Part shown: positions 43,977-58,780 of the stretch, one piece after another
How positions within the stretch are numbered: position 1 is the first letter of the stretch
Layout of the letters: each line of letters begins with the position of its first letter
Origin: Octopus vulgaris
Lineage: Eukaryota
Reading direction: 5' to 3'
Length of the DNA stretch: 64,000 nucleotides
NCBI GenBank assembly: GCA_951406725.2
Contig: OX597832.1
Location: forward strand, 27,590,001 to 27,654,000
Position numbers and translations under genes: made by a program
Notes under the pieces: model-generated
What the model saw: the letters and a program-made list of their open reading frames with translations, nothing else
Told to the model about the DNA's origin: nothing
Database searches by the model: none

Positions 43977-45899
43977 TATATATATATATATATTCTTATA
44001 TATTCCATCTTCCGTCTTTCATCTACCATATAGGTATATATGTGTGTGTGTATGCGCGCGCACACACACACACACACACACATGTGACACACATCTCTGT
44101 GTGTGCACATGTATATGTATCTATATATGTGTGTATATGTATGTATGTATGTATGCATGCATGTATGTATGTATGTATGTATGTATGTATAGGCTATGTA
44201 TGTATGTATGTATGTAGGTATGTATGTATGTATGTATGTATGTATGTATAGGCTATGTATGTATGTATGTATGTATGTGTGTGTGTGTATGTATGTATGT
44301 ATGTATGTATGTATAGGCTATGTATGTATGTATGTATGTATGTATGTATGTATAGGCTATGTATGTATGTATGTATGTATGTATGTATGTATGTATGTAT
44401 GTATGTATGTATGGACGTATGTATGTATGTATGTATGTATGTATGTATGTATGTATGTATGTATGTATGTATGGAATAGAATGGTTATTTTCGTCCAGTC
44501 TGTCTGGTCTTTCGTTCGGAAGTTTTCCCACCAAACAATCTCCATCTTTTTTTTTTTTTTTTGTGGGTAGATTCCTTAATTGGAATCTATCATTTATTCT
44601 GGTGGGGAAGGAAGAGGAGGAGGCGGAGGAGGAGATGAGATGGGTGGGGTGGCGAGAGGAGGTCAAGCGGTATCGATTAAAGAATTTAGCGAAAAAAAAA
44701 TTTTGAAGTAAAGCGAAGAATATTTCTTGGAATAATTTTGGACGGAACCAAAACGACCAAAAATATATATGAAAACAGATTTCGGTGATGAAGGGGTGTA
44801 AAGCAGAGCGGATAACAAGTTGTTTACTCCGAATAGACGGATTATGTTGGCTGTCGGAAGGTTATTTGGTGTAAAAGTGTATGCAGGGAAGTAAGTTTGT
44901 GTGGTCGCTGTGTTGAAGTCCCGGAGAATGTGTCACTCACTTCATCGCTATCCACTTTTAGACGACACCAAATTCTGGGTGGAAAATCTTCTCTTTGAGA
45001 TGGACAAGTCTACAGGAGCGGCAGCAACAACAACAACAACAGCAGCAACAACAGCAACAACTAAACACATGCAATGGTTCTCCGTCAGTTTCGACGATGA
45101 CTCTTCTATTTGGTTCGATCAAGTAAACAACCACTACTATTGGAAGTGTACTTTAAGTGGCTGAGTATTCCAATGACATGAACACCCTTGATGTCGAACC
45201 TTCGTATCGAAATAATATGACACCACTACGGCCGTTCCTTTGATGTACAACTCTAGCTTATCGTCTGCTCTTGTGTAAATAGCTCATTGTCTATAGACAT
45301 ATGTAGAGATAATCCACATGCAGATTAAGTTAATCTCCAGACAGACACGGTATGTCACAAAGCTGGTCCATTTTAATCACAAGTACATCCCAGTCCTACC
45401 CGTTTCATAGACGGGCGGACGGTCGCTAAACCGGTTCCAACGCTTGTGTGACTTGCTGCTTTTGTGAGGAGGGTGCCTGGACACCCAGCAGGACTAAAAA
45501 CAAGACCTGCAGGAGCGTAGATGAGTTCCTTGTGGACCAAACAGTCATCTAGATGGGGAAGGCAATGGTAAAGTACCTCAATGTCTCTGTTGTGAAAAGA
45601 TCTCTGTGAGATCAGAACGAAGCAACGCCATAGGAAGACTTTTGTTGGACGAGTGTCATCAACACACTGCGAAAAGCGAACGATGCACGACGCCGACGAA
45701 CGACGGCGGCGCTGACGGTGACATGCGAGAAATAGCAGCGAAAAATAACAGCCCTTGAATGACATCGTAATGCTTTAATGAATACGTTGGATAAATATTG
45801 TTCTAGATATACGTACGGCTGAGCCCAGACTGGTTGGACGTTGTTGAGATGCCCTCGATCATGTCCTGAGGTTTGTTGGATCAGGACTGACTGGATCTA

Positions 45900-46645
45900 A
45901 GTAACAACACATAAACTACACAACATAATATTCCTCTGCACAACACTACACAAAACATACACCACAACATATCGCGTAACACATGCACAGCACCACAAGC
46001 AAAGCACATACACAACACTTATACTACACAACACACACAATGCACACATGCACAACACAACAGAACACGTATACCACACAAAACATACACCTCACAACAC
46101 AACACTACCACATACAACACACAACACTACAAAACATACACCACATAAAATATATACCTCACAACAGAACACATATACCATACAATACATACAACACATA
46201 AAACACACCTCACAAGAGTACACAAATACCACACAAACATACACCACATAACAGAACACATATACCACACAAAACATACGCTACACAACAGAACACATAC
46301 ACCACACAAAACATACGCCGCACAACAGAACACATATACCACACAAAACATACGCCACACAACAGAACACATATACCACACAAAACATACGCCACACAAC
46401 AGAACACATACGCCACACAAAAGAACACATATACCACACAAAACAAACACCACACAACAGAACACATATACCACACAAAACATACGCCACACAACAGAAC
46501 ACATATACCACACAAAACATACGCCACACAACAGAACACATATACCACACAAAACATACGCCACACAACAGAACACATATACCACACAAAACATACGCCA
46601 CACAACATATACATAACACTGCATAGCATATACACCATACAACAC
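45900..46645. repeat. 37-bp CA-rich minisatellite, homogeneous at 46245-46607 and decayed to the left
   Basis: Unit cacaacagaacacatataccacacaaaacatacgcca, about 10 good copies. Confidence 0.92.
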
Positions 46646-47268
46646 AACGATCCTTTGTATTGAAGAATTTGACTATTTATCCAAGCGGCCAATCGAAATG
46701 GCAGCAAAGAAGCAACAAAACAATTTCACTGACGGACTTCACAATACCATATTTGGCACCATGTTTCACGAGGAATACGAAATTGAGATATTTGATCAAT
46801 GGAATTTTGATTATTGTCGTAATTAAACGTCAGCCAACAGGAGCATGCTGCCATTCCTGGTTCCGAAGTGAAAACATTGGTAAATATTACAATTCTTTTG
46901 GTAGTTAATCGTTTTTCTATTGTGTAATTGTCTGAGACAATAAACAAATCGATAGTCATACAACAACAACAACAACAACAACAACGGAGTCATAGATTTA
47001 TACCATGTTCTTCGATGTTTGTTATTTTGGAGAGGAGGAGGAGGTGAAGGAGGAGGAGGAAGCGGGAAGAATAAACCAAAATGTTCTGACAAAAGAATTC
47101 CAAATGATAAACGTTTTGTGTCGTTCAGAGATTAAATATATTTGTTGTTTAGGATATTTACCATAGCCAGGAATTTGGTCTGCACATCCATCTGAAGTGG
47201 AAGAGTTTGTACCAAACCACAACCCTCCACACAACAACGCAGTATTAGTTAGAGTTCCTTGCTCTGTG

Positions 47269-47327
<59 letters not shown>

Positions 47328-48016
47328 CTGTGTGTGTGTACAAGCTCTTATCGAACACTGAGATTGAGTGTTCAACGACGTCTTGGGAGATAAATACATT
47401 TTATTTGTGAATTAATAAAGCAACCAACGGTTTCATGTTAAACAGATCTCTACAGTTATTCAAGCAAACCGCTTGGAAATTTTCTCAAGTGGTTCGCTTG
47501 AATAATAGTGGAGATCTTTTCCACAAGAACCCATTTGCTGCCTTGTTTATGCACAAATCGTCGTCGTCGCCGTCATCGGCGTCATCGTCGTCGTTGGGGG
47601 TGGTGGCGGTGGCAATGCGTCGTAGGTCAACGCTGACTATTCTATTCAGAAATCATCCCAGCATGCTCGCATGCGGGCTACAAGGGTTGCTCTCGTTCCG
47701 CTGCAACGAGGAACATCTTCTTCGAGTGAAGTTAGTTGACGCAATGGACATGCGACGCTTCTCATGAGCGTTTCCTTTTTCTTTTTTTCGTTTTCAGTAT
47801 TTTCAACCTTCCACGTTTTCCATATACATACATACATACATACATACATACATACATACATACATACATACATACATACATACATACATACATACATACA
47901 TACATACACATATATATATATGTATATATGTATGTATATATATATATGCATGTGTGTGTGTATAAATAGATAGATGTGTATATATATATATGTATGTAGA
48001 TATATTAGTGTGTGAG

Positions 48017-48046
<30 letters not shown>

Positions 48047-48047
<1 letters not shown>

Positions 48048-48468
48048 TGTATAAAAGAACGTGGGTAAGCCCAAAACAATGTGAAGTAAATGCAAGGTAA
48101 ATCACAAGAAAACAGATAATGTAACCCCGAAATATTGAATACAAGGTATGTAGACTTACCTTGTATTCAATATTTCGGGGTTATGACCCCTTTTCAAGAA
48201 ATAGACGAATGTTGCCGATGTGCGTGTGTGTGAAGTGGAAATACGCGGACATGTGTTACTATAGCAACCAGATAGCTTCTTTTCCGTGCATTTCCTTCCA
48301 CACACACGCACATCGGCAACATTCGTCTATTTCTTGAAAAGAGGGTCATAAACCCGAAATATTGAATACAAGGTAAGTCTACATTAATTCACATATTTGT
48401 TTTCTGGTGATTTACCTTGCATTTACTTCGCACTGTTTTGGCCTTACCCACGATCTTTTATACAATAT
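48047..48468. mobile_element. Complex fold-back element between (TA)n tracts with HHR-like variant motif
   Basis: Outer arms ~48047-48120/48395-48468, inner arms ~48149-48250/48284-48384, and an extra hairpin 48123-48183. Confidence 0.8.
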
Positions 48469-48532
48469 ATTCTACACAATGCTCCATAGTAATTATTCCA
48501 TTATAATGTATATATATATATATATATATATA

Positions 48533-48652
48533 TACGACGGGATTCTTTCAGTTTCTGCCTACCAAATCCACTCACAAGGTTTTGGTCGGCTCGAGACGAT
48601 AGTAGAAGACACTTGCCCAAGGTGCCATGCTATGGGACTGAATCTGGAACCA
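48533..48652 (-). mobile_element. SINE family A, 5' half
   Basis: Reverse complement matches the family A head. Confidence 0.85.
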
Positions 48653-49909
48653 CGCTAGGATTCGGAATTGCATGCAATTCAATCTAATCTATAGTTATGC
48701 TCCTGATAGATAAAAGGCAAAGCCTCCTCCCAGAGGGATTTGAACTCATAATTCAGAGATTACATCTAAAACCTAAATCTAAAACTGCACAGCCCCACCT
48801 TCTCTTTCTTTGCACTCCTCCCTTCCAGTTGTATTCCTAACATTTTGGGGGTGGGTGGGAGGCTGCAACTTGACCTCTATTCACTTCCCTTAAAGGTCAC
48901 CCAGTGGTAGATGAGAGTGGAGTAACCATCCCTGAAGGTGAGAGAGCTTAGCTACAATCACAGGTTCAAGTACAGCTTGTGTTTATATTTCTGTTTAAAC
49001 TAGTTTATCTAAGATCACTTTTCATTACAGGGAAACTAAACTGTTATCAGGTGTGTGTATACGTTGGGATATGTTTATATATGTTTATACATACATACAT
49101 ATACACTCACGGTGAAAGAGCAAAAGAAACTGACACGGATTTTCCAACTCCAATCTGTTAGTGGTATAAGGAAGATTTGTCAGGCATTCCAGAAATTCTC
49201 CATGCGAGATTCTTATGTGAACAGATGCAGACACTTGAGTGTACGCATCGAGAGTTCAACCAATACACAACTTCAACCACATATTTACAAACGCCGGGAA
49301 CTCTCTTAACCCAAGAAGCCTTGTCACTTTGTTAGCGACCGGCTTGAACTCTCTCAAGGACTTAAATAGACTCAAAGAAAAATCATACATACACACGTAC
49401 ATACATACATACATACATACACGCATGCATGCATATACACATATATATATATATATATGGATGTGGGTACATCGATAACTGAATATATGTTTAAATATAT
49501 GTATGTATCACACACGCCAGCTGAATTCAATTCGTCCCCAGTCGAAAGACACCTGTTGTTATGTCTTGTTGTTGTTATTATTATTATTATTATTATTGTT
49601 ATTGTATTTATATTGTATTTATATTTGTGTAATATTGTCTGTTTTTCCGTCTTTGTTTTCGTATACATTCGATGCTTTCTTCCAAGGAATCTAATGCTCT
49701 TAGCTTAGTTTTTCCTTAGGGCTGACCAGATTGGAGCAATCTCAAGAATAAGCAGCCGAAATTACGAGGATAATCTGGCTCTTGACTGAGGATAGAAAAC
49801 TTCGAATGGACCCGTCCTTGGTTTCTTTGTATCGTCTATCTGGATGTTTTGTTGTCCATTTTTGTATCATCTAGTTGTCTGGATGTTTTGCGTTCTTGTC
49901 CCATTTTGC

Positions 49910-49965
<56 letters not shown>

Positions 49966-49968
<3 letters not shown>

Positions 49969-50057
49969 TAATCCCTCGACTATCGCTGGTGTTACGTTCC
50001 AAAATCCACCCCACCTCACCCGCAGTGGGAGAAATCCGCGAAGTAGAAACAGTACTG
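49966..50057 (+). mobile_element. Tigger/pogo-like (Tc1-mariner) end fragment
   Basis: TA|CAGTAATCCCTCGACTATCGC start resembles pogo/Tigger TIRs; ends actg|TA. Confidence 0.55.
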
Positions 50058-50140
50058 TATAGTTTACCTAACACTCCATTGTATTCGTAACGTGAAACCT
50101 ATTGGTGAGATCAGCCGTGATGGATGTATAATATTGTACC

Positions 50141-50515
50141 GTGGTTGTGTGGTAAGAAGCTTGGGTCTGGGTTCAGTTCCAGTGCGTGGCACCCTGTACA
50201 AATGTCTTCTACTACAGACTATATATATATATATATATATATTGATAGATAGATAGATAGATAGATAGATACATACATACATACATACATACATACATAC
50301 ATAGATACATAGATATGTATGTTTGTCCCCACACCATCGCTTGACAACCGATGCTGGTGTGTTTACGTCCCCCGTAACCCTAGCGGTTCAGCAGAAAAGA
50401 CCGATAAAATAAGTACTAGGCTTTCAAAGAATAAGTCTCGGCGTCGATTTGTTCGACTAAAGACGGTGCTCCAGCATGGCCGCAGTCAAGTGACTGAAAC
50501 AAGTAAAGGAATATA
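50141..50515 (+). mobile_element. SINE family A, internally deleted
   Basis: Head ggttgtgtggtaagaagctt...gtggcacc; the 3' half 50320-50510 matches 53124-53310. Confidence 0.85.
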
Positions 50516-52801
50516 AGAAAAAAAATATATATATATAGCAGATAGGTGCCGCGTGTGCCTTTGTGACATATATATATATATGCAAATATGTGACATGTTA
50601 ATAAATATTTGTATATATACAACCATCCAGATCTCTGAATACCTTATTTTTTCTAATATATAATATCTGTGCATCACCTCTAAACCTTCTAATACATACA
50701 TACATATCTATATATATATATGCATGTATAGTGGGTTGCATTATGTTTACACTTTATATATAGGCAAGTATATAGAATATTGTAAATGTATAGCTTCTAT
50801 TTTTTTAGCCCAAGGTGAGGCCTGATTTAGCAAAGATGTGATCATGGGCGTTCAAACCGTGACCATACATCCATCCGCGCTCTACTACCTCCACCACCAT
50901 TTATTGCAGTCTCTGTACATTCTGGAGTAGTTTAATACAAAGTACAAATTTCTCTTTTATGACATTAGGATATGGTTTGGACTAGATTTAGCTGCTATTT
51001 CTTACATGTTGGCGTGGAGGCTCCCTTTTTTGTACCTCTGGCTCGAGTCGGTGCCTAAACAACGGCATGTGATGAGTGAGGTATATTTGTCGGCTGCGGT
51101 TTTAACCCAGCCATGATTTATATCTGAAAATCGGCCACAAAAATCAATACAGTCTACCAAAGTGTCTTTAATATCATAACAAATCCTCAAATAAAATTAG
51201 ATGTTTCACCGGAAACTGATTGTAGGCCGGAAGTAGATCGTTCAATGCAAAAGAAAAGAGAGGAAAAAATGAAAAGGAATGAATGGTGCCGATAAATCTG
51301 GTCGTTGTTGTTGTTGGTGTTGTTGTTTCTGAATATCTTTCGTTTTATTTATTTATTTATGTTATGCTTTGGTGATCCTTATATTAATATATCATATCTT
51401 CCGAAATATTTATTTAAATTTTGTTTTGGCTTCTTCATTTTATTTATTTTCTTTAATATAAATGGCGTCACTATGATCCTGACTTAATACTTGCTGCCCG
51501 TTTATTTAGTCTACAAAACTTTACATCGATAGAAGAAGAAGAAAATAATAATTGATAAGAAGAACAACAACTAGATTTCTTCAAACCCAAATCAATCACA
51601 TAAATACGTTGGTTGTTTACTTTATATTAGATATTTATTCGAGTTTGTGAAGAAGAGTTGGCAAAGCCATCTGATGAAGGCAATGATTTCAAACAACCAG
51701 CCGACGTTTATTTCTAGAACAGAGTGCATAATATATTTGTCGTCTGCCTTATTTTATTACAATCTTCGTTCAGTTTTCCAAACAACAAGCAAAACAAAAT
51801 GAAACCAAAACTAAATCGAGATTCATTTTACGCTTAGAGATCGTTTTTCAGAAAATATTTGTAGTGATTTCGCTGCTGTTCTTGTTCTTGTTGTTGTTTT
51901 ATAACTAGATTTCTCCTTTTCCTTTCCAAATACTTTCATTTTGTTTCATTGTATGGATGAAATAAAGTGAAAATAAAATGTAAAAAGAAAGACGACGAAA
52001 ACTTGATCAAATTTGTGTGAAATCTATAAATATGGTGGGTGGTTCGGGTCTTTTTATCTTTTTCATATTTTATATTTATTTTTTGATAAAGCAGTTTTCC
52101 ATTGATGGTTCTAAAGCCCTTAATTTTCTTCATTTTCCCATTCACATCACGTTGGTCTGCACAAATCTTTGGATGTGATTTTCTAGTATTTTTTTTTTGT
52201 CTTTTCCTTAATTCTTTCTTGTTTTTTTTTTTAACTTCCACACTTCGTGTCTGAGTCTATTTTTGTTTCTTCTCCTTCTCCTCTCCCTCCTCCTCTCCTT
52301 CTTCTACTACTACTACTACTACTACTACTACAACTACTACTATTACTACTACCACCACCACCACCACCACCACTACTTTTACCATTACTACTACTACTAA
52401 TACTACTACTACGACTACGTCTACTACTACTACTACTACTACTATTGCTACTGCTGCTGCTGTCGCCGCTATGGCACTACTGCTGCTGCTGCGGCCGCTG
52501 CTTCTCTTTCGCCTCTTCGTCTTCAACTATTTCTTCTCCTACTACTCCTCTCCTCTTCCTCTTTTTCTTTCTCTCCTTTCTTCTTCAAATCTCTCCGATT
52601 TCGATTTCCAAAAACAACAATAAAAACCAAAACCATACACACACACACACACAGATATATGTATGTAGATAGATAGATATACATGTATACATATATGTAT
52701 ACACACAAATACATAGAGAGAGAGGGGGAAGAAGAGGAGGAGAGGGAAGGAGAGAGAACCATGACAACATCAACAGCAGCACTAAATGTTAATAATAACA
52801 A

Positions 52802-53428
52802 TCCTTTCTGCTATAAGCCCAAGGCCTGAAATTTAGAGGGGAGGGTTAAGTCGATCACACTGACCCCCTGTGCATAACTGGTACTTATTTCATTGACCCC
52901 GAGATATAGGCGTAGGAGTGGGTGTGTGGTAAGTAGCTTGCTTACGAACTACATGGTTCTGGGTTCAGTCCCACTGCGTGGCACCTTGGGCAAGTGTCTT
53001 CTGCTATAGCCTCGGACCGACCAAAGCCTTGTGAGTAGATTTGGTAGACGGAAACTGAAAGAAGCCCGTCGCATATATGCATATATACGTGTGTGTGTGT
53101 GTGTGTGTATTTGTGTGCCTGTGTTTGTCCCCCGCAACATCGCTTGACAACCGATGCTGGTGTGTTTACGTCCCCGTAACTTAGTGGTTCGGCAAACGAG
53201 ACCGATAGAATAAGTACTGGGCTTACAAAGAATAAGCCCTGGGGGTCGATTTGCACCGACTAAAACCGGTGCTCCAGCATGGCCACAGTCAAATGACTGA
53301 AACAAGTAAAAGAGTAAAGAGTATATGAAAGACAAAGTCGACCTCGACGGCTTTTGAACTCAAAACGTAAAGACGGACGAAATGCCGCTAATCGTTTTGT
53401 CCGGTGTACTAACGATTCTGCCAGCTCA
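52802..53428 (-). mobile_element. SINE family B split by a nested SINE A
   Basis: 52802-52903 and 53324-53428 rejoin into the family B sequence at gaccccga..|atgaaag. Confidence 0.85.
52909..53323 (+). mobile_element. SINE family A, full length
   Basis: A-box-like gtgtggtaag, B-box-like gggttcagtccc, internal (TG)n, tail gtaaaagagtaaagag. Confidence 0.93.
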
Positions 53429-53799
53429 TGACATCACTGTAAGGGTTTCTGTTTAAGTATGAGGCCAGCGGTTTTGAGGGGAGGGGATTAACCGATATCA
53501 TCGACTCCAGTACTTGTCTGGTACTTTCTTTTATCGGTACTTTTTGGTTATCTCACCCCCATTAAAAAAATTACCATTAAAAGACTGGGTTATCTCCCCA
53601 CTAAAAAATCGAGTTAATACGGCGACAAGAGATTGGATTAAAAGAGTTGGATCCTTTTGATTCAATACTTCGACACATTATTCACGTTTGGCTTCTTCAA
53701 TAGGAATGGAATGATTTTGTTCTAAAAATGTTATCAGATTCAGTAAGATGTTTAATTTTTTCAGTTTCCATGTTTATTAATTTCTTTTAGTTTTCATGT

Positions 53800-54015
53800 T
53801 TACTCTTTTACTTGTTTCAGTCATTTGACTGCAGCCATGCTGGAGCACCGCCTTTAGTCGAGCAAATCGACCCCAGGACTTATTCATTGTAAGCCTAGTA
53901 CTTATTCTATCGATCTCTTTCGCCGAACCGCTAAGTTACGGGGACGTAAACACACCAGCATCGGTTGTCAAGCGATGCTGGAGGGACAAATACAGACACA
54001 CAGACATATACACAC

Positions 54016-54057
<42 letters not shown>

Positions 54058-54219
54058 GACGGGCTTCTTTCAGTTTCCGTCTACCAAATCCACTCACAAG
54101 GCTTTGGTCGACCCGAGGCTATAGTAGAAGACACTTGCCCATGGTGCCATGCAGTGGGACTGAACCCGGAACCAAGTGGTTGGTAAGCAAGCTACTTACC
54201 ACACAGCCACTCCTGCGCC
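53800..54219 (-). mobile_element. SINE family A, full length, inverted
   Basis: Reverse complement of 52909-53323 with few differences. Confidence 0.93.
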
Positions 54220-57200
54220 TATACACACACACACATACACACACACACACATAAATGTTACAAGAAATATATTTGCATAGATGCTATATTCGACCCTTAT
54301 CACATGTTGCTTTGACCAATCGGAGATCATCAACACCACCACCATAACTTCACTACTATAACAACCATCAACACCACCACCACCACCACCACTGCTACTG
54401 CAATATCACAACAGACATCGATGTCATCTCTAATATCTTTACCGTCATCGTCATCACAATAATCAATCATCATCATCATCATTATCATCATCACTGTGGC
54501 AGCCAAGCGAGATGATAAAAACAAATAAAGAATGAAAATAAAAAAACATAAGACAATTTTTTTTATATATAAAAAATTTTATTGACGATAAAATATATTT
54601 ATATTGAAAATTATATTTGAGTATGCACGATTATAATTATGTATAAACACACATGTGTATATACAAACCAATATATACATACATACACACAAACATATAT
54701 CTATGATAACATTACAATTTGTTGCAATAACAGTCGAGTGTTGAGTGGTCAGTCAGTCAGACGCCGCCCTCCATTCCTCTCTCTCACCACCCTCCCTACG
54801 ACCCTTCCCTCCCCCCTCACCACCACTGCCCTACAGTCCACGCTAAATCCACCAAGAGATCCCTCACTGAACCTGTCACGAACGCATTCACCGGACACAC
54901 CCTGTATTGTGTCCTTCATCCATTGCAACATCTAGCTTCCATTACATCTATTGTTATCACCAAGCATACGTCATCATTACTACAGTTATTATAGGTATAA
55001 AAAATATTATTATGGTTATTATTATTATTATTATTATTGTTATTATTATTATTATTATTAAAAGTATGCAGTGTTGTAAACAAAAACAAGTTGATCTCTT
55101 TGAGAATAGCAATGGTACAAAAATAAATTCTTCATATCTTTATGACCGTTTATTAGAGATAAAAAAAAAAAAAGTAAAGAACATGTTCAAGACCGCAAAA
55201 AAATTGTTCTTTGTAATTCTCATTTGAGTCGCCATCCATTCCTCCAGCCCACCAGAACGCCCCCCCACACCCATCCACAGAGACCTCTATTTCATGTACA
55301 AATATAGATCTGGTGAGGTCTCTCAGAAATGGTAAATATATTCCATTGTTATAATTTATTTATTCTTTGCACTCCAAAAGAAAATTAGAGCAAGAACCGC
55401 ATATCACGTAGAACAGTGTTCTATGAATGGTACGAGGAATGACATCATGGAATCCAGTTTGGATTCCAGCGAGCAGTGTCTTTTTGGTAAATGAAATCCT
55501 GAAGGAATTACAATCTAACATTTGAAATGAGATTGAACTGAGAACGTTTACGAGTTATTACTATCATTTGTATGTTTGTTTTCGTTTTTACTTTTTTTTA
55601 AATGCTGGCATGAGTTAGACAAAATTTGCTAAAGCAGTCGTTTATGGCAGATGCCTTGGATGGTGCCAATTCTTACTGGTTTGGCAAATAAGGCACTTTA
55701 TTCCACTGGTCATTTCACATGTGAAACTGATGAGGTAAAGGACAGATATATCACCACTGTCAACATATATATACACACATATATATATACATATATATAA
55801 AATACACACATCATCACCATCATTTAATGCTTATTTCATTTCCCATACTAGAGTTTGTTGAACCAGATCTCCCACAGCTGAACACCTTCCCTGTAACCAA
55901 CTCTCACCTATTTCCAGATGTTTTTCATAGAACACTGGAAACAAACAACAATGCATGCATGACAGTGACACTTGGTTACGACCATCACATGATCTATAGA
56001 CAAGGGTGCACGCCCATGTCCACTAAATACCTTGTGTCCATCAGCCATCAGAGTAAACCCAACAATGACCACTGTGTGAATGTTGTAAGGAAAACTTGTG
56101 AACTTTCAAAATTGCTCACATGAAAGATTAATTTCCTTCAAATTATTTCCCATTTTCCCATTGCATGATTAAACAGTCTTATCAATTGAAACCGGTAGCA
56201 TATCTTGAAAAAAAAAAATCAATATTTCCTTCCTTTTATCCAATATAAAGTTCTCAAAGAATTTTTTGTATTTTTCATTAAAATTTACTCCTATGAAATT
56301 TCTTAATCTTTTCAGTACACACACACACACACACATACACACACAAACATATGTATATATATACTTAATTCAAATAAACAAACAATAAAAAACAGAGGAA
56401 AAAGAAAAAAGCGAATGTGATGACGTGTGTGTGTGTGTATTTGTATTAGTATATAAAAGTGTTATAATATGCTAACTTATATATGCACATATATATATAT
56501 ATATATATACATACACACATACATATATATGCAAATGTATATATATATATATATATACAAAGTTAATCCAAACAAGAAAACACAGAAAAAAAGAGAAAAA
56601 AACACAGCAACGCAGGACGTGGAACAATTAAAATATTATATATATGCAAATGTATATATATATATATATATATATATACATACATATATGTGTATATATA
56701 TATATGCACATACATATATACGCACATATATATGTACATATATACATATATATATACATATATGTGCATATATATATATGCACATACATATATATGCACA
56801 TATATACATACACATGCATATATACATATGCATATATATATACGTGTATATATATATACATATATATATACACATATATACATATATACATATACACACA
56901 TACATATATATGCATGTATATATATGCATATATATATATTTATATACACATACATATATATGCATATGTATATATATATATATATACACACAAACACACA
57001 CATACATATATATGCATATACATACACACACACAGAGATACACACACACAGAGATACACACACACACGTATAACAATCATAAATTGATGTAATTAAAGAA
57101 TTATCTCATTGTTTCTAACTTTAAAAATTCTGTGGATACTTGTGGATTATCTGGCATGTGTTTCATAAAGCAATCAATCTGCAGATTATTGCCTGTCCTA

Positions 57201-57416
57201 CCCCCTGTACAACTGGATGAGCTTAAGAGGATTAATGCACAAGTGTAATTTTACATACACACACTGTAACTTCTGCCCAGTTGCCATCTACCAAATTCCA
57301 ATCACAAGTTACTGAACGACTCAAGATATTTGTTCAAGATTGCACTTGCCCAAGGTGCCACACAGCCAGATTGAACCCACAGTTATGCAGTTTCAATGTG
57401 AGCTTCTTAACAACAA

Positions 57417-57456
<40 letters not shown>

Positions 57457-57550
57457 TTAACACTTATATTTGTGTATGTGTAGATCACAAATTAAAAAGG
57501 GTGGCTTGTTAGCAATTAGAACTTAAAGGGAAAATTAATAGAGGTCTCAA

Positions 57551-57776
57551 ACGTGACAAAGGGTATTGACTAGCACAGCCTTTGCTAAAAATAAGAGTTA
57601 AACCAACTCTAAAACCACAAAAGCACTGTTTTAATGAGTTAATCGCAATACAACTGAGTATACTAGGGACTTACCTCCCTTTGTCAGTCATTAAGACAGT
57701 GCTTTTGTGGCTTTGAAGTTGTTTTAACTTTTATTTTTAGCAAAAGTGGCGCTAGTCAGAACCCTCTGTCACTTTT
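57551..57776. repeat. Inverted repeat, ~87-bp diverged arms, near (TA)n
   Basis: gtgacaaagggtattgactagcac...cacaaaagcactgttttaatga versus tcattaagacagtgcttttgtg...gctagtcagaaccctctgtcac. Confidence 0.85.
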
Positions 57777-57781
57777 GTAAC

Positions 57782-57817
<36 letters not shown>

Positions 57818-58067
57818 GTATATATATATATATATATATATATGTACATATATATATATAGATTAATATTAAACAGCAGTTTGCAATGTTTCACCAAAAA
57901 AAGAGTATTACAAATGTCACTAGATGTGACTGGGGTGTTAGGAAACAACTACATTGCTAGAAATAAGAGCTAAACCACTCTAATGCTGTAGTTAATGCAC
58001 CAAATGAAAACCTACACTAACAGAGACCATAATTGTCTGAAAAGTGCCATATATGTATGTGTGTATG

Positions 58068-58117
<50 letters not shown>

Positions 58118-58673
58118 TACACACACACACACTCATATGCATGTGTGTGTGTATATATATCTTTTTATGTATGTGTGTGTTTGTGCGTGTATGTGTTAGT
58201 ATGTATGCATGCATATGTGTATGTATGCATATATATATGCAGTTATCTGAGCTGTTAAAAGTTTAACATTGTTAAGAATGTATATAACATAAAATATATA
58301 TGTATATATAATACAAAAATGCCTTGTACAGTTCCCCACCCCCAAAATATATATTTTCATATAATATACAAAAATTAATCCGGTTATATATATATATATA
58401 TATATACATACACATAATTAAAGGATAACACCATTAAAATTAATGAATTTTATCAGTATCCAGCATATAAAAAATAACTTTTTAGGTAAAATTTATATAC
58501 AGAGGTATATAATTGCATTCTATATAATTACATACCTATATATATATATATCAACAATAAAGGAACGGCCATAATAGGCCATTCACCCACTAGAAATAAC
58601 AGCCAAAGCTTCAACCGCAAATAAAAGTTAATTCCGTAAACCAGGAGAAAATTTAAAAAACATTTACCCTGTA

Positions 58674-58780
58674 ATTTCTTATACGATATACCGTTTCATC
58701 TGCTGATTAATGGTAAACTAACCTGATTAAATTAAATCAAGCCAATCTTCCACAGGCCCTCAGATTCATCAGTAAGAAAT
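58674..58780 (-). ncRNA. Type I hammerhead ribozyme motif (mirror copy, sense to the lectin-like gene)
   Basis: Reverse complement of 59134-59240. Confidence 0.78.

Noticed and set aside
45060-45760. Possible RTE/SINE-derived segment
   Set aside because: Only vague motif resemblance; no ORF, TSD or second copy in the window to define it.
46245-46607. 37-bp repeats as a CRISPR array
   Set aside because: Head-to-tail units without unique spacers, in a eukaryotic context with no cas genes.
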